From the IMG/VR virus record IMGVR_UViG_3300005805_000044: a stretch of 64,000 nt of DNA, one strand, 5' to 3'. Below, piece by piece: positions 59,032-64,000 of the stretch. This DNA comes from a virus. The notes below the pieces were generated by a model. That model was not told the DNA's origin. It searched no databases and saw only the letters and a list, made by a program, of their open reading frames with translations. Position 1 is the stretch's first letter. Every line of letters begins with the position of its first letter. The translations under genes and the position numbers were made by a program.

Positions 59032-59132
59032 ATTAATTTTACCTTTCCTGTTTGTTTTTTTGGTGAAGTTATTGGAGAACTCCAAAGAAGATTGAATTTG
59101 TAGTGGCATCAAAGACATTGACGCATTTGATA

Positions 59133-59179
59133 ATAAATATAATATAAAATATACAAATTCATTTTTTTTTAATATTTAT
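59133..59179. promoter_or_regulatory. divergent pair of TATTTAT late elements
   Basis: ATAAATA at 59133-59139 (for - strand scaffold) and TATTTAT at 59173-59179 (for + strand gene). Confidence 0.7.
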
Positions 59180-59185
59180 TGATAT

Positions 59186-59794
59186 ATGCCAGCACAAAGC
59201 GAAAAACAAGCAAAATATTTTAGATTGGTGAGAGCTGTTCAAAAAGGAGAAGTTCCTGCGAGTAAAGTATCAAAACAATTAAGAAAAACTGCAAAGTCAA
59301 TTTCTCCTAAAGCTGCTAAAGATTTTACAAAGGTAAAAGAAATTGTAAATAAATACATCAATGAAGCAGAATATACGTCCGCAAAAATGAAAGAAGTTCC
59401 AGATAAAACTTTGGATGATGTATTGAGAGAAAACTCAGGAGTAAAGTTTGATAATGATGAATTATTAACTTTTCAAAACAAACAAAGTGGATTTGGTGGA
59501 TTTGGTAAAGTAAATTTTGTTCACAAGAAAAGCACAAACGAAATAAGTGCAACTGTAACAAGTAATGAATCTAACAAAATTTACGTATTTAAAAAATTAG
59601 TCAACAACCAAAACCCAGGCCTTTATAACTATGGGTGTTTCATAGAAATTTCGCTTGCAAAAGACAGTGAAGACGAAAAAGAAAATAAACCAAAAGTAGT
59701 ATACTTACTTAGTAGTATTTTTAATAATAAAGGCGAAGAAAAGACAAAGATATTAGCAGATTTCATTGATAGGATTAATTCATATGGACTATAA
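59186..59794 (+). CDS. hypothetical protein with DUF3008-like N-terminus
   Basis: MPAQSEKQ...AVQKGE...AKDF, then KVKEIVNKYINE. Confidence 0.65.
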   Translation: MPAQSEKQAKYFRLVRAVQKGEVPASKVSKQLRKTAKSISPKAAKDFTKVKEIVNKYINEAEYTSAKMKEVPDKTLDDVLRENSGVKFDNDELLTFQNKQSGFGGFGKVNFVHKKSTNEISATVTSNESNKIYVFKKLVNNQNPGLYNYGCFIEISLAKDSEDEKENKPKVVYLLSSIFNNKGEEKTKILADFIDRINSYGL

Positions 59795-60149
59795 AACACT
59801 ATACAGTCAAGCAAAATTAAACAGTTTCTTAAATAAAGCAAAAGATCAAGAAATTGAGCCTGACAAATTTAAACTAATAGAAATTGATCATCCAAATGGT
59901 TGGAACTTCAATGAAATAGATACATTGGGTGATATGGGATTTAAAATTGACAACGATACCGATATGGTATGTGAAGTTGAAATTCCCACACTAGAAATGA
60001 TGGAAGAAAAAGTTCCAGTTAGAGTATATAAAAACGAAAACGGTTATGTCCTTGAGACTAACCGTCAATACGTTTTTGAGAGTTTTGAAAAGATGATTGA
60101 ATTTATCGATTCAATACCATCTGATCCAAAAATGAGACATGTTAAATAA
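59784..60149 (+). CDS. hypothetical protein
   Basis: overlaps upstream gene end; acidic. Confidence 0.6.
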   Translation: MDYKTLYSQAKLNSFLNKAKDQEIEPDKFKLIEIDHPNGWNFNEIDTLGDMGFKIDNDTDMVCEVEIPTLEMMEEKVPVRVYKNENGYVLETNRQYVFESFEKMIEFIDSIPSDPKMRHVK

Positions 60150-60151
60150 CC

Positions 60152-60697
60152 TTATTTATTTGATTGATAAGATGGTTGTTGATGTGGTTGTGTAATTGGT
60201 TGAGCCCCAGGCAACTCTTTATTTTCAGCAGCTGTTCCCCAAGCAGCTGGATCTGGTGGACTTGCAGTGCTTACTGAACCTTGATGATTTTGAGTTTGAA
60301 ATGCTTGAGGAGCTTCTGTTACTGGATCAGCAATTTCAAAATAACGTTCCAACTTCAAACCAATTTCTTCATAAAGCATTTCAAGTTGATGTTCAACACC
60401 TTTAATCTTGCTTGCTTCTTCATGCAATTGACGTGCCATTTTCTTTACATCTTTCATGTCACGTTCAATCATCTTTGCTTCCATCCACTCGTCACACTCT
60501 TTTAGTGCATAACGTTCTGCCAAATTTACTGCTTCCATGATCTTCGCAGCAGTGGCATAAATACACTCAGCTTTTAGATCTTTACGATATTCATTATATG
60601 CTTTGACTGTTTCACGGAGCTTGACCTTTTCCTCTTTGGTCAACGGAGCATATGCTGTTTCAGTAGAGTTTTCTACGAGATGTTTGAGCTTAATCAT
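60152..60697 (-). CDS. hypothetical late head-associated protein
   Basis: TATTTAT 7 nt upstream; MIKLKHLVE leader; helical; LERYFEI. Confidence 0.65.
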   Translation of the reverse strand: MIKLKHLVENSTETAYAPLTKEEKVKLRETVKAYNEYRKDLKAECIYATAAKIMEAVNLAERYALKECDEWMEAKMIERDMKDVKKMARQLHEEASKIKGVEHQLEMLYEEIGLKLERYFEIADPVTEAPQAFQTQNHQGSVSTASPPDPAAWGTAAENKELPGAQPITQPHQQPSYQSNK

Positions 60698-60737
60698 ATA
60701 TACAATAAATATGTTGAAAAATGAAATTCGACTACAA

Positions 60738-61436
60738 TTATTTTCTTATTAATATACCAATACCCAAGAAGTCACCAGACCACTCTTTCAATTCATTTGG
60801 ATATTGTTGCGCAAACTCAATATACTCAAATCGTGGATCATTCTTTATTTCATTCCATAATTTAATAACACCTAGACCACCATGTGAAATATCATGAAAG
60901 ACAATATATTTGGTATTTGGGTTATTTTCAAAAAGTCTAAAATCGTAAGAACATCCTTCATAATCATGGTTACCATCTATAAAAACCATCTCAATATTAT
61001 TATTATCTACGAATGTTTTAAACTCCGGTGAATCACTACGCATGTGTAAATACGTATAGTCTGTATAATTGTCATATATTCCCAATATATCAGACTTTGG
61101 CATCAAATCACAAGCATATAACTTTATGTTAGGGTTGTGTTTCATCAACACTTCGGATATTAAAATAAAATTACCTCCCCAACGAACTCCAATTTCACAG
61201 TAAGATTTAACGTTTAATGTTTGTAACCATTTTATGTATGGCGCCAATTGAATTGGATATTGCCACATCTTGATACCTTTACCAAAATATTCACTAAGAG
61301 TATTTGGCATTTCACCAAGGGCTTCATCGTTCATTCCAAACGTGGGAATCAAATTTATTAGTTCGTCAATAGACAATTTATCAAATTTGTCGCCACCAAT
61401 AACATTAATAGTATCTTCCAACGATATAACAGGCAT
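60738..61436 (-). CDS. class I SAM-dependent methyltransferase (Methyltransf_24-like)
   Basis: YCEIGVRWGG, VFIDGNHDYEG...D, IVFHDI, W. Confidence 0.8.
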   Translation of the reverse strand: MPVISLEDTINVIGGDKFDKLSIDELINLIPTFGMNDEALGEMPNTLSEYFGKGIKMWQYPIQLAPYIKWLQTLNVKSYCEIGVRWGGNFILISEVLMKHNPNIKLYACDLMPKSDILGIYDNYTDYTYLHMRSDSPEFKTFVDNNNIEMVFIDGNHDYEGCSYDFRLFENNPNTKYIVFHDISHGGLGVIKLWNEIKNDPRFEYIEFAQQYPNELKEWSGDFLGIGILIRK

Positions 61437-61441
61437 ACAAC

Positions 61442-62041
61442 TTATAGTTCAGAAATAATATTATGAATAATTCTCTCTATATTGTTATATGGGTTAATAA
61501 TTTTATTTTCTACGCTTTCATTGATTTTACCTTGTGGATACATGAAAGCTCCTTGTGTAGAAGGATTACTTACAAAATCAAATGCGATCAAGTCAAAATC
61601 ATCTTGAACAACATCCGCACCTTCTCTCATATCCTTTTTAACACTGCCCAATCCACGACTACTGATGCCCAAAAGAATACCAGCTTTTAATAAATCTTTC
61701 AAAATATTACCACTTGGGGTTGGCAATATTTCTACGGTTCCTACCAAGTCGTCACCATCCCAACCCATATCTACAATGTTATGACTAACATTCTTTAAGT
61801 TAACGACGCTACTTTCTGGATGATCTAACTCACCCATTGCACGACGTTGTTTAACAAAATTATCCATATACTTTGTTGCTTCACGTTCCAAAATAGTCTT
61901 AGGATAAACACGACCGTTTTGGTTTTTTGCATCTGCACGTTGTAAAGTGCCGGTCACAAGTAGTTTACCATTGTTCAACGACTCATTGAGTGATGTTTTT
62001 TTAAATTCAAATGGTAATACGTCAATTAATACTGTTTTCAT
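61442..62041 (-). CDS. gp21: prohead core protease (T4 gp21-like)
   Basis: NQNGRVYP, GELDHP, VSH, TPSG, GISSRGLGS, DFVSNPS. Confidence 0.95.
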   Translation of the reverse strand: MKTVLIDVLPFEFKKTSLNESLNNGKLLVTGTLQRADAKNQNGRVYPKTILEREATKYMDNFVKQRRAMGELDHPESSVVNLKNVSHNIVDMGWDGDDLVGTVEILPTPSGNILKDLLKAGILLGISSRGLGSVKKDMREGADVVQDDFDLIAFDFVSNPSTQGAFMYPQGKINESVENKIINPYNNIERIIHNIISEL

Positions 62042-62042
62042 A

Positions 62043-63173
62043 TTATGCTGATGGTTGTTGTGGTGCTGGTTGGGCAGGTTCTTCTGGTTTAGCCGGTGCT
62101 GGTTGTTCCTTTGAAGTTACAACGTTTGATGCACCTGCGGATGTTTGTTTGGAAGGATCAACCAAAGCTTGTGATTTAGCAATTTGATATTTGTCTTTTT
62201 GCTTAATATCCGCTGGTCCTAAAATTTTTATCTTAAAACCTGGTTTTACAAAAAACTTTGCGGTCTTTTGTTTGTTTTCTTCACGACCAATTATGATAAT
62301 AACATATCTATCATAATAATAATCAATTTGAACACCAGTTACATTGATTGTGTAATCTGTTTCTGGTTGTTTATATCCTTTACTAGCACGAACCACAATC
62401 TTTTTATTTAAAATTTGATCTTGAATCTTCTTTTGAAGTTCCAATTTTGACTTCTCAGTAGTATTTTTTAACTTGGTATCAAAATTAGTAAAATCAGGTT
62501 GAATATCATATGATTGAACATTGATTGTTGGTGCTGAAGGTTTTTGTTGTGTTGGCTGCGCAGCTGGTTGTGGTTGTGAATTAGCAGGTGCTTCGTCCGC
62601 TTCTTTTGTCAAATATTTTGCTTTTTTATATCCTTCAATTATATTCAATGCTTTTTTAGAAATTTCTGTTGTAGGCATTATTGTTTGTTTATAACCAGCA
62701 AGACCAGGATCTAGTTCTGGGTCACCATGTTGAACCAATCCATTTTTATCTTTATAAGTTGCAACTGGTTCAATATTTTGTGCTGGAGTAATATATGCAG
62801 GTTCGCTATACATTTGATTTTCCAATTCAAGATCTTTATCTCTTTTAACTGGTTTTGCCAATTTAAATCCCAATTGAGTAGCAGCTCTTACATTGCCTGG
62901 TCCTCTTCTTGAAAAAGCAAATGGAGTCAAATATGCTCCAGCAGCACTACTTGTAGAAGCTCCTACATCTTCATTTTTCTTCTTAAGTTGAGCATCTACT
63001 TTTTTTTCAATCTCTTTACGAGCTGAAGAAGGCAGTTTTTCGGCGTGTGATTGAAGCCACGCATGATATTGTTCTTTATCAATACGAGCAAGTTCGCTAT
63101 CTCTATAAATTTGAGCGTATTTTTTTACAATATCTCTGAAGGGATCACCTGATTCTTTAAGAGGCTTTTTCAT
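62043..63173 (-). CDS. hypothetical head-module protein
   Basis: YLTPFAF motif, Q/P-rich linkers, several [LI]xE-type sites. Confidence 0.65.
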   Translation of the reverse strand: MKKPLKESGDPFRDIVKKYAQIYRDSELARIDKEQYHAWLQSHAEKLPSSARKEIEKKVDAQLKKKNEDVGASTSSAAGAYLTPFAFSRRGPGNVRAATQLGFKLAKPVKRDKDLELENQMYSEPAYITPAQNIEPVATYKDKNGLVQHGDPELDPGLAGYKQTIMPTTEISKKALNIIEGYKKAKYLTKEADEAPANSQPQPAAQPTQQKPSAPTINVQSYDIQPDFTNFDTKLKNTTEKSKLELQKKIQDQILNKKIVVRASKGYKQPETDYTINVTGVQIDYYYDRYVIIIIGREENKQKTAKFFVKPGFKIKILGPADIKQKDKYQIAKSQALVDPSKQTSAGASNVVTSKEQPAPAKPEEPAQPAPQQPSA

Positions 63174-64000
63174 TGGCAAGTTTATTCAATTCTTCAATCA
63201 ATTCATAAGCGCTTAAAAGACTGGTCAAATGATTTTCTTTTACTACACCTGTGATTGTTTTATTTGAAAGTTGAGAAACAGTTTCGTTGAGTTTGATCTT
63301 AATAATATCACTCTTTACCAATATTGCTCTTTCCTTAAGAACATCTGCAACACGTTTATACTCTTTATTAACAAATTCAGTGAACTTGTTAGTATTTGAT
63401 ACGTTTGTAATATATTCTTTTAACAACGCTTTTTGCGAAGGCAACAAAGACGAATACTTTTTGTTGAAGTTTTCGATCAAGAACTTATATGCGAGTAACT
63501 TCACTTCGGCTGGTTGAGAACTATATACATCCAAAGCTTGTTCTTCGTTCTTTCTTTCCTTTGTTAAATTTTCTACTACAAATTCTCTTGCTTCTAAAAT
63601 TTCTTCAACATCAAACTTTACGTCATCTGAACTTTGATTTTCAAACAACTTATAAACAGAAGCATACAATTTATAATTTGGAATTTTATTTTTCAAAAAT
63701 TCATCAATGTTAAATTTTTCTTTGATCTCTTTTACTAAATTATATTTTTGGTTATTTAAATCACGTTCATTAATTTTAGAACGTGTTTGTAATACCACAT
63801 TCAAAATACGATCAGCAGACTCAGAATTTTTTGAAGATTGACCAATAATAAAATTATAAAGTTGAAACTCTTTTCCGAGCGCAGTTCCTTCGTTGAAGTA
63901 TTTGAACATCAAGTTCTTGGTGAATGACTCATCACGACCTGCCAAAATATCTGCGGTAATTTGTCGAGTTAGTAATTCAAACAATACTCCGCTATTCTTA
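63157..64000 (-). CDS. hypothetical head-module protein (5' end beyond window)
   Basis: frame open to window edge (KNSGVLFELLTRQIT...); helical. Confidence 0.7.
   Translation of the reverse strand, partial: KNSGVLFELLTRQITADILAGRDESFTKNLMFKYFNEGTALGKEFQLYNFIIGQSSKNSESADRILNVVLQTRSKINERDLNNQKYNLVKEIKEKFNIDEFLKNKIPNYKLYASVYKLFENQSSDDVKFDVEEILEAREFVVENLTKERKNEEQALDVYSSQPAEVKLLAYKFLIENFNKKYSSLLPSQKALLKEYITNVSNTNKFTEFVNKEYKRVADVLKERAILVKSDIIKIKLNETVSQLSNKTITGVVKENHLTSLLSAYELIEELNKLANEKAS

Noticed and set aside
1-64000. Stop-codon reassignment
   Set aside because: Conserved genes (nrdA, capsid, helicase, UvsX) are full length in code 11, and TAA, TGA and TAG all appear as gene ends.
1-64000. tRNA or rRNA genes
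   Set aside because: Intergenic gaps are short and I saw no cloverleaf or T-loop signature; a tRNAscan run would be needed to exclude them fully.

Overview
This is a 64-kb, AT-rich, gene-dense segment of a large T4-superfamily (myovirus-type) phage genome in the standard genetic code. 1-9.7 kb (+ strand) holds a PD-(D/E)xK nuclease, dUTPase, a glycosyltransferase cluster and a UDP-sugar dehydrogenase. 9.7-31 kb (mostly - strand) holds replication, repair and nucleotide genes: dNMP kinase, gp62-like clamp-loader subunit, UvsE, a DruA/DUF4338-like protein, MoxR AAA+/VWA, nrdAB, gp41, RNase H, UvsX, gp32 and an atypical PolA. 31-64 kb (mostly - strand) is the virion module: baseplate, tape measure, tail tube, neck, major capsid protein, scaffold and prohead protease. 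Best observations: (1) Unrelated late proteins share an N-terminal M-[IV]-K-L-x-[DH]-[LI]-[LIV]-(x)-E leader resembling a capsid-targeting, protease-cleavable signal. It occurs in a block of nucleotide/RNA-end-processing enzymes (Pol-beta nucleotidyltransferases, HAD phosphatases, a HIGH nucleotidyltransferase and an Acb1-like 2H phosphoesterase), suggesting a packaged, co-injected counter-defence kit. (2) A strand-specific TATTTAT element, the reverse complement of the T4 late-promoter core, lies upstream of about 19 genes. (3) A start-less ORF before the tape measure gene is probably reached by a +1/-2 frameshift at TTT TTT TGG. (4) The gp32 leader has a T4-like repeat operator. (5) A TGCTGCGCTT repeat cluster next to a sigma70-type promoter is a candidate origin or operator. 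All functional calls come from motif recognition by eye; no searches were run.
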